From Bacteroidia bacterium (GTDB taxonomy: Bacteria; Bacteroidota; Bacteroidia; M30B66), in contig OZ257142.1 of NCBI GenBank assembly GCA_965279035.1, positions 2,400,001 to 2,464,000 of the forward strand: 64,000 bases of DNA, read 5' to 3'. The notes beneath the pieces are model-generated. The model was not told the origin of the DNA. It did not search any database and saw nothing but the letters and a program-made list of their open reading frames with translations. Numbering within the stretch: position 1 is the first letter of the stretch; each line of letters starts with the position of its first letter. Shown here piece after piece: positions 21,352 through 33,594 of this stretch. Made by a program: the position numbers and the translations under genes.

Positions 21352-22158
21352 ATGAATCAGATTCTTAAAGGAAAACGCGGAATTATCTTCGGAGCATTAG
21401 ACGAACAAAGCATCGCTTGGAAAGTTGCTGAACAGGCTCATGCCGAAGGAGCTTCTTTTGTTTTAACTAACGCTCCTATTGCTATGCGTATGGGTGAAAT
21501 CAACAAATTGGCTGAAAAATGTTCTGCCCAAATTGTCCCTGCAGATGCAACTTCTGATGATGACTTAAATAATCTTTTTACCAAAGCCCAAGAAATTTTA
21601 GGTGGTAAAATCGATTTTGTGTTGCATTCCATTGGCATGTCTCCAAATGTTCGTAAAGCTCGTCCATACACCGATTTAAATTACGACTTCTTCCACAAGA
21701 CAATAGATGTTTCGGCAATGTCGTTACATCGTGTGTTGCAAGCTGCTCATAAACAAGATGCATTAAATGAATGGGGCTCTGTTGTAGCCTTAACATATAT
21801 AGCTGCTCAACGTACTTTCCCTGATTATAGCGATATGGCCGAAGCTAAAGCAATGCTTGAATCGATTGCCCGCAGTTTTGGTTACCACTACGGAAAAGCA
21901 AAACACGTTCGTGTCAATACCATTTCCCAGTCCCCTACATGGACAACTGCAGGTAGCGGTGTACCGGGTTTCAAAGAGTTTTACAACTATGCCGATACCA
22001 TGGCACCACTTGGAAATGCTTCTGCTTTAGATTGTGCGAATTATTGCATTAGTCTTTTCTCCGATTATACACGTATGGTTACCATGCAGAACCTCTTCCA
22101 TGATGGTGGATTTTCTAACATGGGAATCAATGCAGCCATGGTAGTTCCTAAAGATTAG
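21352..22158 (+). CDS. fabI: Enoyl-ACP reductase
   Basis: LKGKRGIIFGALDEQSIAW, HSIGMS, Y..M..AK and FHDGG motifs; recN-fabI synteny typical of Bacteroidota. Confidence 0.92.
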   Translation: MNQILKGKRGIIFGALDEQSIAWKVAEQAHAEGASFVLTNAPIAMRMGEINKLAEKCSAQIVPADATSDDDLNNLFTKAQEILGGKIDFVLHSIGMSPNVRKARPYTDLNYDFFHKTIDVSAMSLHRVLQAAHKQDALNEWGSVVALTYIAAQRTFPDYSDMAEAKAMLESIARSFGYHYGKAKHVRVNTISQSPTWTTAGSGVPGFKEFYNYADTMAPLGNASALDCANYCISLFSDYTRMVTMQNLFHDGGFSNMGINAAMVVPKD

Positions 22159-22159
22159 A

Positions 22160-22930
22160 ATGAAAAAGTCGCTTTTCTCCTGCTCAATATTTCAAAATAG
22201 CATTCTTTTAATGGCAATGCTTTTCATGAGTTCCTTTGCAATTGGGCAGGAGGGAAGTACACCTGTTAAACAACGAACCATTCCCTTTTCTTTTCGATTT
22301 GATGGAGGCTTAGGCTTTTTAACTAAACCTCGTGCAATGAAACTGACCTTCAACAGCGTTGGCGATGCAAACGTGGGAGCTTTCTTTCATATTGCCAAAG
22401 GAGTAAATGTAGGATTGAATTTCAGGTATACAGGATTTCAGGTTTCGCGTAATGCCTCGAATTTCAACGACTTCGATACCATTAACGGCACTGGTGGAAC
22501 AACGATCGTTTCAGTTCCTATTCACACAACTCACAATATGTTCACCCCGGGAATTACAATCGGATACGATAAATGGGTGAGCGGATATTCTTTATTCAAC
22601 TTCAATATCAATACGGGATATTCTATGGTGCGCTATGCACATATTCGAAGTCTGAAAAAAGATTATCCAGTTGACAAAATCCCTAATCGAGATATTTATA
22701 ATTACAACGCTTTGCTCATTGAACCAGCCATCAACTTCATGTATTTTTTCGAAGATCATGCTGCGATGACGATTAAACTTTCTTATTCACGGCTTTTTGC
22801 AGGTTTTCATCCCGAACAAATTGCATTGGATGGTGGCGCCATATCATACGAGAAAAGCGATTTAGGTGGACAAATCCAATACATCTCGGTTGGATTAGGA
22901 TTCGTTTATTCCTTCAAACGCATAGAGTAA
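22160..22930 (+). CDS. Hypothetical outer-membrane beta-barrel protein
   Basis: Signal peptide; amphipathic strands; C-terminal ISVGLGFVYSF resembling a beta-signal. Confidence 0.6.
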   Translation: MKKSLFSCSIFQNSILLMAMLFMSSFAIGQEGSTPVKQRTIPFSFRFDGGLGFLTKPRAMKLTFNSVGDANVGAFFHIAKGVNVGLNFRYTGFQVSRNASNFNDFDTINGTGGTTIVSVPIHTTHNMFTPGITIGYDKWVSGYSLFNFNINTGYSMVRYAHIRSLKKDYPVDKIPNRDIYNYNALLIEPAINFMYFFEDHAAMTIKLSYSRLFAGFHPEQIALDGGAISYEKSDLGGQIQYISVGLGFVYSFKRIE

Positions 22931-22931
22931 A

Positions 22932-23012
22932 GGGGTGGTTTCCGGGCTTTCATTCTAAGGCCGGCATTCCCACAAGCTTCGCGCTTCGGGCTTTCCATTC
23001 AATCCCTACCAC
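22932..23012. repeat. GC-rich REP-like intergenic element
   Basis: Direct repeat cgggcttt(c)cattc at 22943 and 22987; small hairpin aagc-ttcgc-gctt; short terminal IR gtggt/accac. Confidence 0.5.
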
Positions 23013-23054
23013 TTATTGCCATAAACTAAATACGTTACTCTACTTCATAAACAT

Positions 23055-23091
23055 AAAAAAGCCCCGATAGATTCAACTCTAAAGGGGCTTT
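23055..23091. terminator. Bidirectional terminator
   Basis: aaaaaagcccc...ggggctttt between convergent genes. Confidence 0.75.
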
Positions 23092-23107
23092 TGCTTTTTG
23101 CTAATTC

Positions 23108-25654
23108 TTATTCAGATTCAGCTTGATCTTCTGACTTTTTCTTCTTTTTGGGTTTGATGATTTTCACCTGAATTTCTTTCAGTACGTCATCGAACGATAA
23201 GTTGATAGAATCTCCTTCTGTCAATGTAGAACCAATGATATGTTCTGCCAAAGGATCTTCCACATATTTCTGAATTGCACGTTTAAGTGGACGAGCTCCA
23301 AATTGTGAATCATATCCTTTTTCCACAATAAAATCGCGAGCAGAATCTTCCAATTTAATTTTGTAACCCATGTTTTCAATCCGGCGATACAAATGTGAAA
23401 GTTCTATATCAATGATTTGATTGATATTTTCCTTACTCAACGAATTGAACATAATCACATCATCCACACGATTCAAGAATTCAGGAGCAAATGCTTTTTT
23501 CAAAGCACTTTCAACAACACCACGATCATGATCCGATGCTGTATTTGCTTTGGCTGAAGTCGTAAAACCAACTCCTTGACCGAAATCCTTCAACTGACGT
23601 GAACCAATGTTCGAAGTCATGATAATGATAGCATTCTTGAAATCGATTTTTCGTCCCAAACTATCAGTCAACTGTCCATCATCCAACACTTGCAACAACA
23701 AGTTGAATACATCAGGATGTGCTTTTTCAATCTCATCCAATAAAACAACTGAATAAGGTTTGCGACGAACTTTCTCAGTCAACTGTCCACCTTCTTCATA
23801 ACCAACATATCCTGGAGGCGCTCCAATCAAACGAGAAACTGCAAATTTCTCCATGTACTCACTCATATCTATACGAATAAGAGCATCATCGCTATCAAAC
23901 AAATATTTCGAAAGCACTTTGGCCAATTGAGTTTTACCAACTCCAGTGGGACCAAGGAATATAAAAGAACCAATTGGACGATTAGGATCTTTCAATCCAG
24001 CACGATTACGTTGGATTGCTTTTACTACTTTCTTAATAGCCTCATCTTGTCCGATTACTTTTCCTTGAATCTCATCGTACATTTTTACCAAACGAGAACT
24101 TTCGTTTTGAGCGATACGCTGAGTTGGAACTCCCGTCATCATTGCTACTACTTCAGCTACATTATCTTCGGTAACTGTTTGACGATTATTCCGAGTTTCT
24201 TCTTCCCATACTTTTTTAGCTGCATCCAATTGCTCAATGAGCGTTTTTTCTTTATCACGTAAACGAGCAGCTTCCTCGTATTTCTGACTTTTCACCACTT
24301 GAATCTTTTCTGCTTTTACTTCTTCAATCTTCGATTCAATGTCGAGAATACTCTGTGGTACATGTATATTAGTAATGTGCACACGAGAGCCAGCTTCGTC
24401 TAAGGCATCAATCGCTTTATCTGGCAAATGACGATCGCTAACATAACGCTGAGTTAGTGTCACACACGCTTTCAACGCCTCAGGAGTATAAATTACATTG
24501 TGGTGATCTTCGTATTTCCCTTTGATATTGTTGAGAATCTGAAATGTTTCTTCTTCAGAAGTTGGATCTACAATTACCTTTTGGAAACGACGTTCCAATG
24601 CTCCGTCCTTTTCAATATACTGACGATATTCATCCAATGTTGTAGCACCAATACATTGAATTTCTCCACGAGCCAAGGCTGGCTTAAACATATTCGATGC
24701 ATCCAATGAACCGCTTGCTCCACCAGCACCAACAATAGTATGTATCTCATCAATGAATAAAATCACATCAGGCGATTTCTCCAGTTCATTCAACACCGCT
24801 TTCATGCGTTCTTCAAATTGTCCACGGTATTTTGTACCAGCAACTAAAGAGGCAAGATCAAGCGTAATCACTCGTTTATCAAACAAAACACGCGATACTT
24901 TCTTCTGAACTATCCGAAGTGCAAGTCCTTCTGCAATAGCCGATTTACCAACACCAGGTTCACCAATTAATATAGGATTGTTTTTCTTACGACGAGAAAG
25001 AATTTGAGAAACACGTTCTATTTCTTTTTCACGCCCAACAATTGGATCCAATTTACCTTCGTCAGCAGCTTTGGTTAAATCTCTTCCGAAATTATCGAGA
25101 ACTGGTGTTTTAGATTTGGTATCCGAAACTTTTTTAGTTCCGCCTCCACCAAATGTACCTCCATCATCATCATTATCATCGTCGAGAGGATTGTTTGAAG
25201 CTTGAGCACGCGGCTCTTCTGTGAGCAAATTTTTAAGCTCATCACGAACGGTAATATAATCCACGTTGAATTTTTCTAAGGTTTTTGTGACAATATTGTC
25301 TTCATCTTTTAAGATTGCCAGCAGCAAATGCTCTGTACCAATCAAGTTTGTTTTGAATAAGCGAGCTTCAAGGTAGGTTACCTTCAACGCTTTTTCAGCC
25401 TGCTTAACAAGTGGTATTTGATTTAAATTGAGTGATTTACCTGAAGATACTTTAATTGAAGATTCAATTTGTTTTCGAAGATCAGCAATGTCAACCCCTA
25501 AACTCTTCATTATCTTAATCGCCATTCCTTCGCCTTCTCTGATAATTCCGAGTAATAGGTGTTCTACACCCATATAATCGTGTCCCAGTCTCAGCGCCTC
25601 TTCCCGGCTGTAGGAAATTACATCTTTAACACGTGGTGAAAATCTCGCTTCCAT
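23108..25654 (-). CDS. clpC: ATP-dependent Clp protease ATP-binding subunit ClpC
   Basis: Clp_N repeats; GEPGVGKS and GPTGVGKT Walker A motifs; UVR coil; [13 protein letters not shown]. Confidence 0.95.
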   Translation of the reverse strand: MEARFSPRVKDVISYSREEALRLGHDYMGVEHLLLGIIREGEGMAIKIMKSLGVDIADLRKQIESSIKVSSGKSLNLNQIPLVKQAEKALKVTYLEARLFKTNLIGTEHLLLAILKDEDNIVTKTLEKFNVDYITVRDELKNLLTEEPRAQASNNPLDDDNDDDGGTFGGGGTKKVSDTKSKTPVLDNFGRDLTKAADEGKLDPIVGREKEIERVSQILSRRKKNNPILIGEPGVGKSAIAEGLALRIVQKKVSRVLFDKRVITLDLASLVAGTKYRGQFEERMKAVLNELEKSPDVILFIDEIHTIVGAGGASGSLDASNMFKPALARGEIQCIGATTLDEYRQYIEKDGALERRFQKVIVDPTSEEETFQILNNIKGKYEDHHNVIYTPEALKACVTLTQRYVSDRHLPDKAIDALDEAGSRVHITNIHVPQSILDIESKIEEVKAEKIQVVKSQKYEEAARLRDKEKTLIEQLDAAKKVWEEETRNNRQTVTEDNVAEVVAMMTGVPTQRIAQNESSRLVKMYDEIQGKVIGQDEAIKKVVKAIQRNRAGLKDPNRPIGSFIFLGPTGVGKTQLAKVLSKYLFDSDDALIRIDMSEYMEKFAVSRLIGAPPGYVGYEEGGQLTEKVRRKPYSVVLLDEIEKAHPDVFNLLLQVLDDGQLTDSLGRKIDFKNAIIIMTSNIGSRQLKDFGQGVGFTTSAKANTASDHDRGVVESALKKAFAPEFLNRVDDVIMFNSLSKENINQIIDIELSHLYRRIENMGYKIKLEDSARDFIVEKGYDSQFGARPLKRAIQKYVEDPLAEHIIGSTLTEGDSINLSFDDVLKEIQVKIIKPKKKKKSEDQAESE

Positions 25655-25684
25655 GATGGTTTGTGTCTATTTATCAGTCCTAGT

Positions 25685-25692
25685 CAAAGATA
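25685..25692 (-). promoter_or_regulatory. -7 element of clpC (TATCTTTG)
   Basis: Exact TAnnTTTG match. Confidence 0.6.
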
Positions 25693-25892
25693 CAGAATTG
25701 GAACTGAGCTTGGTTACAAATTTATTTGCAAGTAACAACGTTCGTCAGTTTATAATTGTTAATTACAAACAGAATTTTGTTAATACAAACGGGGTAAAAA
25801 ACTGCCTCGAATCGCTCAAAAAGCTATATTCGCAGCTTGATTTTGAACACGCATTTTAACAACAACCATACACTTCCGGTTTAACTGATTTT

Positions 25893-28412
25893 ATGGCAGA
25901 AGGAGAGAAGATAATTCCGATTAACATCGAAGAAGAAATGAAAACGGCTTACATCGATTATTCGATGTCGGTCATTGTGTCACGTGCATTGCCCGATGTG
26001 CGCGACGGATTGAAACCAGTACACCGCCGAGTTCTGTTCGGAATGCAAGAATTAGGTGTATCAGCATCTCGTCCACATAAGAAATCCGCCCGTATTGTTG
26101 GGGAGGTTTTAGGGAAATTTCACCCACATGGCGATACCTCTGTATATGATGCGATGGTTCGTATGGCTCAAGAATGGAGTCTTCGATATCCATTAGTTGA
26201 TGGACAAGGGAATTTTGGTTCTGTTGATGGTGATAGCCCAGCAGCAATGCGTTATACTGAAGCACGTTTGAAACGTATTGCAGAGGAAATGCTTGCTGAT
26301 ATCGACAAAAACACAGTCGATTTCAAACTCAACTTTGACGATTCCCTAGAAGAACCAACTGTACTTCCTGCAGCTATCCCGAATTTGCTTATTAATGGAG
26401 CATCTGGAATTGCTGTTGGTATGGCGACGAATATGCCGCCACATCAATTAGGTGAAGTAATCGATGGAACCGTTGCATATATCGACAATCGTGAAATTAC
26501 GATTGAGGAATTGATGAAGTTTATCAAAGCTCCAGATTTTCCTACAGGTGGAACAATATACGGGTACGAAGGTGTAAAAGAAGCCTTCGAAACTGGACGT
26601 GGACGTATTGTTATGCGCGCCAAGTCATCGATTGAGCAAGCAGACAACGGTCGCGAACGCATCATTGTAACGGAAATCCCTTACATGGTGAATAAAGCTG
26701 AGATGATTCGCAAAACGGCTGAACTCATCAACGATAAGAAAATTGAAGGCATCAGCGACATGCGTGACGAAAGTGACCGTGACGGGATGCGCATTGTATA
26801 TGAATTGAAAAAAGACACGATCACGAGTGTTGTATTAAACAATTTATATAAGCATACGCAGTTACAGTCTTCATTTTCAGTCAATAATATTGCGCTTGTA
26901 AATGGTCGTCCTGAGATGTTGAATCTCAAAACACTGATCAGCCATTTTGTTGAGCATCGTCATGAAGTACTTGTTCGCCGAACAAAATTCGATCTAGAGC
27001 AAGCAGAGAAACGTGCTCATATTTTAGAAGGTTTCTTGATTGCATTAGATAATTTAGATGCAATCATCACCTTAATCAGAGCTTCTCGCACACCAGATGA
27101 TGCACGTGAAGGTTTAATGGAAGGATTTAGTCTTTCTGAAATTCAGGCGCGTGCAATCTTGAATTTAACACTTCAACGATTAACTGGACTTGAGCGCGAT
27201 AAAATTCGCGATGAGTATGCAGAGTTAATGAAAACGATTGATCATTTGAAGGAAATCCTTGCGAATGAGACGTTGCGAATGACCATTATCAAAGATGAGC
27301 TCTTACTAATTAAAGAGAAATACAATGATGAGCGTCGTACGAATATAATTTATGCAGCCGACGGAGAACGCATTGAAGATTTTATTGCTGATGAGCCTTG
27401 TATTATCACGGTTTCTCATATGGGATACATCAAGCGTACGAACTTGAATGAATACCGTACTCAAAAGCGTGGAGGAAAAGGATCGATTGGTTCGAACACG
27501 CGTGATGAGGATTTTCTAGAGCATTTATTCTCAGCAACAACGCACAATTATCTTTTATTCTTCACGAAAAACGGTCGTTGTTTCTGGATGCGTGCTTTTG
27601 AAGTTCCAGAAGGTTCTAAAACATCGAAAGGACGGGCTATCCAGAATTTAGTGAATATGCCTCCTGATGATAAAGTAGTTGCTTATGTGAATGTAACGAG
27701 TCTAAGTGATCCGGAATACATCAACAACAACTACATTATAATGTGTACGAATAAAGGAACGATTAAGAAAACATCCTTGGAAGCGTATTCACGTCCACGT
27801 CAGAATGGTATAAATGCCATTACAGTAAGAGAAGGCGAGGAGTTGTTGGAAGCAAAAATGACCAATGGAACAAGCGAAATCATGATGGCCTTGAAGAGCG
27901 GTCGTGCCATTCGTTTTCCAGAAGCAAAAGTTCGACCTATGGGAAGAAATGCATCTGGAGTTCGTGGAGTTACGTTGAAAGACGAGCAAGATGAAGTCGT
28001 TGGAATGGTTTGCGCTGAAACAGTTAATACTCAAGTCTTAGTTGTTTCAGAAAATGGGTATGGAAAACGTTCCGATATTGAAGAATATCGTGTTACAAAC
28101 CGGGGTGGAAAAGGAGTGAAGACCATTAACATAACGGAAAAAACAGGTTCGCTCATCGCTATTATTGGTGTGAAAGACGAAGACGATTTGATGATTATTA
28201 CTCGTTCTGGTGTTACAATTCGTACTCCTGTGGAAGATTTACGAGTTATGGGACGAAATACTCAAGGTGTTCGTTTGATTACATTGAAAGGAAACCAAAG
28301 TATTGCTGCCGTTGCTTGTGTTGAAAAGGATGATGAAGTGGAAGAGGAAAATGGTGAAGAAGGCACAATTACTGGTAGCGCCGAAACAACCGAACCGTCA
28401 ACTGAAGAATAA
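25893..28412 (+). CDS. gyrA: DNA gyrase subunit A
   Basis: [21 protein letters not shown] and AAMRYTE motifs; GyrA box QKRGGKG. Confidence 0.97.
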   Translation: MAEGEKIIPINIEEEMKTAYIDYSMSVIVSRALPDVRDGLKPVHRRVLFGMQELGVSASRPHKKSARIVGEVLGKFHPHGDTSVYDAMVRMAQEWSLRYPLVDGQGNFGSVDGDSPAAMRYTEARLKRIAEEMLADIDKNTVDFKLNFDDSLEEPTVLPAAIPNLLINGASGIAVGMATNMPPHQLGEVIDGTVAYIDNREITIEELMKFIKAPDFPTGGTIYGYEGVKEAFETGRGRIVMRAKSSIEQADNGRERIIVTEIPYMVNKAEMIRKTAELINDKKIEGISDMRDESDRDGMRIVYELKKDTITSVVLNNLYKHTQLQSSFSVNNIALVNGRPEMLNLKTLISHFVEHRHEVLVRRTKFDLEQAEKRAHILEGFLIALDNLDAIITLIRASRTPDDAREGLMEGFSLSEIQARAILNLTLQRLTGLERDKIRDEYAELMKTIDHLKEILANETLRMTIIKDELLLIKEKYNDERRTNIIYAADGERIEDFIADEPCIITVSHMGYIKRTNLNEYRTQKRGGKGSIGSNTRDEDFLEHLFSATTHNYLLFFTKNGRCFWMRAFEVPEGSKTSKGRAIQNLVNMPPDDKVVAYVNVTSLSDPEYINNNYIIMCTNKGTIKKTSLEAYSRPRQNGINAITVREGEELLEAKMTNGTSEIMMALKSGRAIRFPEAKVRPMGRNASGVRGVTLKDEQDEVVGMVCAETVNTQVLVVSENGYGKRSDIEEYRVTNRGGKGVKTINITEKTGSLIAIIGVKDEDDLMIITRSGVTIRTPVEDLRVMGRNTQGVRLITLKGNQSIAAVACVEKDDEVEEENGEEGTITGSAETTEPSTEE

Positions 28413-28427
28413 TTTAAACCAATCGTT

Positions 28428-29588
28428 ATGAAACGAATTACCCTGATGTTCTTGGCGACTTCACTGGGGCTGCATCTTCAAGCACAACCAAATAAAGTTG
28501 TAAGTGCATATAATTATCTCAATTATTACTTGAAAGACAAGGAAGTTGAGAATTTAAAGAATGCTCGACAAAATATTGATGAAGCTGCAGAAAATCCTAG
28601 TACTTCAGTAAAACCAAAGACATGGTATTACAGAGGAAATATATACTGGGCAATTCAGGATAGTAAAGATCCCGCTTTATTGGAAGCGACTGTTAATCCC
28701 TTGTTAACTGCTGTTGAATCCTATAAAAAAGTATATGATTTAGATCCTAAATACGAATATGCTGAAGAGTCGTATCAAAAAGCGATGGTAGGTTATAAGA
28801 ATCTAGGAATCATGGCCTTTAATAAAAATGATTTCAATGGAGCTTTAACTTATTTTGAAAGCACATTTGACTTATCTGCAAAGAAGGGAGTAGTTGATAC
28901 TTCAGCACTTGAGAATTCTTCAATAGCAGCAATTAGAGCAAATAATCATGCTAAATCTCAACAGTATTTGAAGCAACTGATTGCTTTTAATACGGATAAA
29001 GATGGAACTCGCTATATGCAATTGATTCGTGTACAAAAAGAAGCTGGAGATACTGCTGCATCTGTAAAAACATTGATGGAAGGTCGACAGAAATTTCCTA
29101 ACGATCAGAAGTTGCTTACAGAGGAATTGAATAGTTATTTGCAAAGTGGGAAATCGGCTGAAGCAGAAAAATTATTAGCCATTGCGATTGAAAAAGATCC
29201 GACAAATCATTTGTTGCATTATGCCTCAGGAACCATTTTCGAAGATTTGGGTAAACGTGAACAAGCTATAGCTGCTTATAAAAAAGCGATAGAATTGAAG
29301 CCTGATTTCTGGGAAGGATATTTCAATTTAGGTGCTTTGTATAATAATGAAGCAAAACGTTTGCAAGATGTAGCTAATAATGAAAAGGATAATAAAAAGT
29401 ATGAAGCTGGTAAAAAACTAGCTGAAGCTGAATTTAATCTAGCATTACCAAACTTGGAAAAAGCGTTGGATTTAGCACCGAAAGACAGTCCAGATTTACA
29501 ACCGCTCCTCAAAACATTGAAACAAATTTACAGTCTACTCAACATGACTGATAAATACAATGAAATGAAAAAACGTTTGGGACAATAA
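28428..29588 (+). CDS. Tetratricopeptide repeat protein
   Basis: Signal peptide and TPR motifs (AIAAYKKAIELKPDFWEGYFNLG); usual gyrA neighbour in Bacteroidota. Confidence 0.85.
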   Translation: MKRITLMFLATSLGLHLQAQPNKVVSAYNYLNYYLKDKEVENLKNARQNIDEAAENPSTSVKPKTWYYRGNIYWAIQDSKDPALLEATVNPLLTAVESYKKVYDLDPKYEYAEESYQKAMVGYKNLGIMAFNKNDFNGALTYFESTFDLSAKKGVVDTSALENSSIAAIRANNHAKSQQYLKQLIAFNTDKDGTRYMQLIRVQKEAGDTAASVKTLMEGRQKFPNDQKLLTEELNSYLQSGKSAEAEKLLAIAIEKDPTNHLLHYASGTIFEDLGKREQAIAAYKKAIELKPDFWEGYFNLGALYNNEAKRLQDVANNEKDNKKYEAGKKLAEAEFNLALPNLEKALDLAPKDSPDLQPLLKTLKQIYSLLNMTDKYNEMKKRLGQ

Positions 29589-29596
29589 TCTCAACC

Positions 29597-29627
29597 AAGA
29601 TAGAGGACCTAAAAATCCTCTATTCTT
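29597..29627 (+). terminator. Terminator of gyrA-TPR
   Basis: atagagga-cctaaaaa-tcctctat hairpin. Confidence 0.55.
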
Positions 29628-29637
29628 GTAAATTTCT

Positions 29638-29665
29638 ATTTAACATAATATTAATTATATAACAT
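29638..29665 (-). other. dif-like XerC/XerD recombination site
   Basis: Minus strand reads ATGTTATATAA-TTAATA-TTATGTTAAAT: 11-6-11 layout, with the right arm identical to the E. coli XerD arm. Confidence 0.8.
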
Positions 29666-29924
29666 ATTGAAGTTTCTGAAATACAGTGTTAATAGGCTTT
29701 CTTGAATATAATTCAGTTAATATCTATTTGTGAATTAAGAAACGATAATGATTTCAGAGAAACGTATAGTTGAGTATTAAAAATGGAATCACCAGACTTC
29801 AAACGAATTTTAACATATCAATTAAAGAGTAAAATCTTTTCTGAAAAAATCATTCTGGTGATTTCTGTTGATTAACAAATTGTCTGTTTAACAATTAGAT
29901 AGATATTCAACATAGAGAAAAGCG

Positions 29925-29955
29925 TTTGTGGTTGTCGTGAAATCGCTTAGGTTTG
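29925..29955 (+). promoter_or_regulatory. accD promoter (-33 TTTG and -7 TAGGTTTG)
   Basis: Both Bacteroidota consensus elements present with a 19-nt spacer. Confidence 0.65.
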
Positions 29956-30017
29956 TAGCCCTTCATTGATGAATAGTTGAATTTATATTACTGTTTTTCA
30001 ATTACAACGTATTGCAA

Positions 30018-30899
30018 ATGAGCTGGTTTAGTCGTAAAAACAAGAACATTACTACATCTACTTTAGAGAAAAAAGAAACTCCTGAAGGTTTGTGGTATAA
30101 ATGCCCTTCCTGCAAGAAGATTTTTGCTTCGATTGATCATGAGGCCAATCTTTGGGTTTGCTCTAACTGTGGATATCACGAACGCGTAAACTCTCGTGAA
30201 TATTTCACTGTTTTATTTGATGATAATAAATACGAAGAAATATTGGACAATATTCGTTCAGCCGATCCATTGGTGTTTGAGGATACCAAAAAGTACAAAG
30301 ATCGTTTGGTTGCCAGTATGGCTAAATCGGGATATAAAGATGCTATTTCGGTTGGTGTTGGGCCAGTTGATGGAGTTAAAATGGTGATTGCCTGTATGAA
30401 CTTTGAGTTTATTGGAGGCTCTATGGGCTCTGTAGTTGGTGAAAAAATTTCCAGATCTATTGATTATTGCATCAAGTACAAGCTCCCCTTTATGATTATT
30501 AGTAAATCGGGTGGAGCACGAATGATGGAAGCTGCATATTCATTAATGCAGATGGCTAAAACTTCTGCAAAGCTTACCCAATTAAGCGACGCAGGTCTCC
30601 CCTACATCTCATTATTAACAGATCCAACAACTGGCGGTGTTACTGCATCGTATGCTATGCTAGGCGATTTGAATATTGCTGAACCAGGTTCACTTATTGG
30701 TTTTGCTGGTCCACGAGTAGTTAAAGAAACCATCGGTAAGGATTTACCAGAAGGATTTCAAACAGCAGAGTTTGTTTTAGAACATGGTTTTCTTGATTTG
30801 ATCGTTGAACGTCGCGATTTGAAATATAAAATTGCTCAGATAATGCGACTATTAACGAAGCAAAATTGCACACCGATCGTTAAAAATGCCTTTAATTAG
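30018..30899 (+). CDS. accD: Acetyl-CoA carboxylase carboxyltransferase beta subunit
   Basis: [12 protein letters not shown] zinc finger; [21 protein letters not shown] and PTTGGVTAS motifs. Confidence 0.96.
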   Translation: MSWFSRKNKNITTSTLEKKETPEGLWYKCPSCKKIFASIDHEANLWVCSNCGYHERVNSREYFTVLFDDNKYEEILDNIRSADPLVFEDTKKYKDRLVASMAKSGYKDAISVGVGPVDGVKMVIACMNFEFIGGSMGSVVGEKISRSIDYCIKYKLPFMIISKSGGARMMEAAYSLMQMAKTSAKLTQLSDAGLPYISLLTDPTTGGVTASYAMLGDLNIAEPGSLIGFAGPRVVKETIGKDLPEGFQTAEFVLEHGFLDLIVERRDLKYKIAQIMRLLTKQNCTPIVKNAFN

Positions 30900-30994
30900 G
30901 TAATACTAATTCGTATCAAAGTCAAATTCTGACTTATTCACATTGAGATTGTTAATTTTTTGATGCATGTTTATTTAGGCAAAGATTTTTTACT

Positions 30995-31002
30995 TAGCTT
31001 TG
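30995..31002 (+). promoter_or_regulatory. -7 element of rpsO (TAGCTTTG)
   Basis: Exact TAnnTTTG match 26 nt upstream of the ATG. Confidence 0.6.
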
Positions 31003-31028
31003 TGCTCCTGTAAAAGAAGACACAAAAA

Positions 31029-31298
31029 ATGGCATTGACGTCAGAATTAAAAAAAGAAATTTTCACCAAATTTGGTGGATCAGAGACCAACACAGGCTCT
31101 ACAGAAGCTCAGATTGCGATGTTTACTCAACGTATTTCTGATTTAACTGAACATTTGAAAGTCAACAAGAAAGACTTTGGAACACAACGTTCATTGATTC
31201 GTCTTGTAGGTAAACGCCGCAGTATGCTGGATTATCTTAAAGGACGCGATATCGAAAAATACCGTACAATTCTTAAAGAATTGAATATCCGGAAATAA
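31029..31298 (+). CDS. rpsO: 30S ribosomal protein S15
   Basis: 89 aa; NTGSTEAQIA...LTEHLK...LVGKRR; lies upstream of pnp. Confidence 0.97.
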   Translation: MALTSELKKEIFTKFGGSETNTGSTEAQIAMFTQRISDLTEHLKVNKKDFGTQRSLIRLVGKRRSMLDYLKGRDIEKYRTILKELNIRK

Positions 31299-31305
31299 AT
31301 TTCTG

Positions 31306-31334
31306 AAAAAGGCAATTCACGGATTGCCTTTTTC
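31306..31334 (+). terminator. rpsO terminator
   Basis: aaaaaggcaattc-acg-gattgccttttt. Confidence 0.8.
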
Positions 31335-31364
31335 CTTTTTCACACACTACATAATAGCCTCTAT

Positions 31365-33500
31365 ATGAATATTGGAGTGCGCAAGACATTTGCTATGCCC
31401 GATGGTAAGGAAATTACCATTGAGACAGGCAAACTTGCCAAACAAGCCCACGGCTCTGTCGTGATAACCATGGGTGGCACCATGTTGTTGGCAGCAGTTG
31501 TCAGCAATGAAGACGCAAAAGAAGGCGTTGATTTTCTTCCATTAACCGTTGAGTACCAAGAGAAATATGGTTCAACTGGTCGTTTTCCGGGTGGTTTCTT
31601 TAAACGCGAAGCGCGTCCATCTGAAAACGAAATTTTAATTTGTCGTTTGGTTGACCGTGCATTACGTCCACTTTTTCCAGATGATTATCATTCCGATACC
31701 ACTATTACCATCAATCTGATTTCTTCAGATCGTACTCAATTACCTGATTCATTAGCTTGTTTGGCAGCTTCAGCAGCTTTAGCCGTGAGTAATATTCCTT
31801 TTAATGGACCTGTTTCGGAAGTACGTGTTGCTCGTGTTGAAGGCAAATTGATTATCAATCCAACCATTGATGAGCTGAAAAATGCTGATCTCGATATAAT
31901 CGTTGCAGCATCAACTGATAGTATTGTGATGGTTGAGGGTGAAATGAAAGAAGTTCAAGAGCATGATATGTTGGAAGCAATTAAGCTTGCACATGAAGCT
32001 ATCAAAGTTCAAATCAACGCGATTACTGAACTTGCCAATCAAATTCCTGCTTCTCAACCTAAACGAGTTTATAGTCACGAAACTCACAACGAAGAAATTC
32101 GTGCAGCTGTCCACGCATTTTGTTTTGATAAATGTGTTGACATTGCTCGTTCTGGTAATGCTGACAAACACGCTCGTTCTGCAGCTTTCAAAGCTGTAAA
32201 AGAAGAGTTTGTTTCAACACTTTCTGAAGAAGAATTAGCTATTGCTAAACCTTTCATTGGTGTTTACTTCCACGATGTGGAGAAAAAAGCTGTTCGTCAA
32301 GTAATCCTCAATGAAGGAAAACGTTTGGATGGCCGGAATACAACTACCATTCGTCCAATTTGGGGCGAAGTAGATTATCTACCATTTGCTCACGGTTCTG
32401 CAATTTTCACTCGTGGTGAAACACAGTCTTTAACGACTGTTACTCTCGGAACTAAAATGGATGAGCAAACCATTGATGGTGCTATCTTAGAAGGAAAATC
32501 AAACTTCCTTTTACACTATAATTTCCCTTCTTTCTCAACGGGTGAATCTCGTCCAAATCGTGGAACAAGTCGTCGTGAAGTTGGACATGGAAATCTTGCC
32601 TTACGTGCATTGAAACCAATGATTCCTCAAGGAACAGAAAATCCATACACTATTCGTGTTGTTTCTGATATCCTAGAATCGAATGGTTCATCTTCTATGG
32701 CAACCGTTTGTGCTGGAACTTTAGCATTGATGGATGCCGGTGTGAAAATCGCTAAACCAGTTTCTGGAATTGCCATGGGATTGATTACCGATGATGGTAG
32801 CAAATACGCGGTGTTAAGCGATATCTTAGGTGATGAAGATCACTTGGGAGACATGGACTTCAAAGTAACCGGTACACGTGATGGTATTACAGCTTGTCAG
32901 ATGGACATTAAAGTTCAAGGATTGAGCTACGAAATTATGCTCAATGCATTGAATCAAGCGAAAGAAGGACGTCTTCACATTTTGGGTGAAATGAACAAAG
33001 TGCTTGATGCACCACGTGAAGATTACAAACCACACGCTCCTAGAATTGTTGAAATCCGCATTCCGAAAGAATTCATTGGTGCTGTAATCGGACCTGGTGG
33101 AAAAATCATTCAGGAAATGCAGAAGGATACTCAAACTGTTATCGTGATTGAAGAAGTAAACGAGCAAGGTGTTGTTCAAATTTCTTCTGCTAACAAAGCA
33201 AACATCGATAAAGCATTGGCTCGTATCCGTGCAATTACTGCAACACCAGAAGTTGGTGAAGTGTATTCAGGTAAAGTGAAAACGATAATGCCATTTGGTG
33301 CATTCGTAGAAATTATGCCTGGTAAAGACGGATTACTTCATATTTCTGAAGTGGAACATCGTCGCCTAGAAAACCTTGATGGTATTTTGAAAGAAGGAGA
33401 TATGGTGGATGTAAAACTCATTGAAGTAGATAAGAAAACAGGTAAATTGAAATTAAGCCGTAAGGTTTTATTACCAAAGCCTGAAGCAGCGGCTAACTAA
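31365..33500 (+). CDS. pnp: Polyribonucleotide nucleotidyltransferase
   Basis: [28 protein letters not shown] and GDMDFKV motifs; KH and S1 domains. Confidence 0.97.
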   Translation: MNIGVRKTFAMPDGKEITIETGKLAKQAHGSVVITMGGTMLLAAVVSNEDAKEGVDFLPLTVEYQEKYGSTGRFPGGFFKREARPSENEILICRLVDRALRPLFPDDYHSDTTITINLISSDRTQLPDSLACLAASAALAVSNIPFNGPVSEVRVARVEGKLIINPTIDELKNADLDIIVAASTDSIVMVEGEMKEVQEHDMLEAIKLAHEAIKVQINAITELANQIPASQPKRVYSHETHNEEIRAAVHAFCFDKCVDIARSGNADKHARSAAFKAVKEEFVSTLSEEELAIAKPFIGVYFHDVEKKAVRQVILNEGKRLDGRNTTTIRPIWGEVDYLPFAHGSAIFTRGETQSLTTVTLGTKMDEQTIDGAILEGKSNFLLHYNFPSFSTGESRPNRGTSRREVGHGNLALRALKPMIPQGTENPYTIRVVSDILESNGSSSMATVCAGTLALMDAGVKIAKPVSGIAMGLITDDGSKYAVLSDILGDEDHLGDMDFKVTGTRDGITACQMDIKVQGLSYEIMLNALNQAKEGRLHILGEMNKVLDAPREDYKPHAPRIVEIRIPKEFIGAVIGPGGKIIQEMQKDTQTVIVIEEVNEQGVVQISSANKANIDKALARIRAITATPEVGEVYSGKVKTIMPFGAFVEIMPGKDGLLHISEVEHRRLENLDGILKEGDMVDVKLIEVDKKTGKLKLSRKVLLPKPEAAAN

Positions 33501-33519
33501 TCTCTACTTAATACTATTG

Positions 33520-33549
33520 AAAAGGCTGTCCAATTGGGCAGCCTTTTTT
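33520..33549 (+). terminator. pnp terminator
   Basis: aaaaggctgtcc-aatt-gggcagcctttttt. Confidence 0.8.
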
Positions 33550-33594
33550 GTTTTTCATCCATGTTGAATCAAGATTTCAGTTTCAATAGAGCAT

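Noticed and set aside
29783-29875. 30-codon ORF MESPDFKRIL... near dif
   Set aside because: Too short, with no motif, clear promoter or hydrophobic helix.
30900-31028. S15 autoregulatory leader RNA
   Set aside because: The predicted -7 box leaves only about 20 nt of 5' UTR, and no convincing structure was seen.
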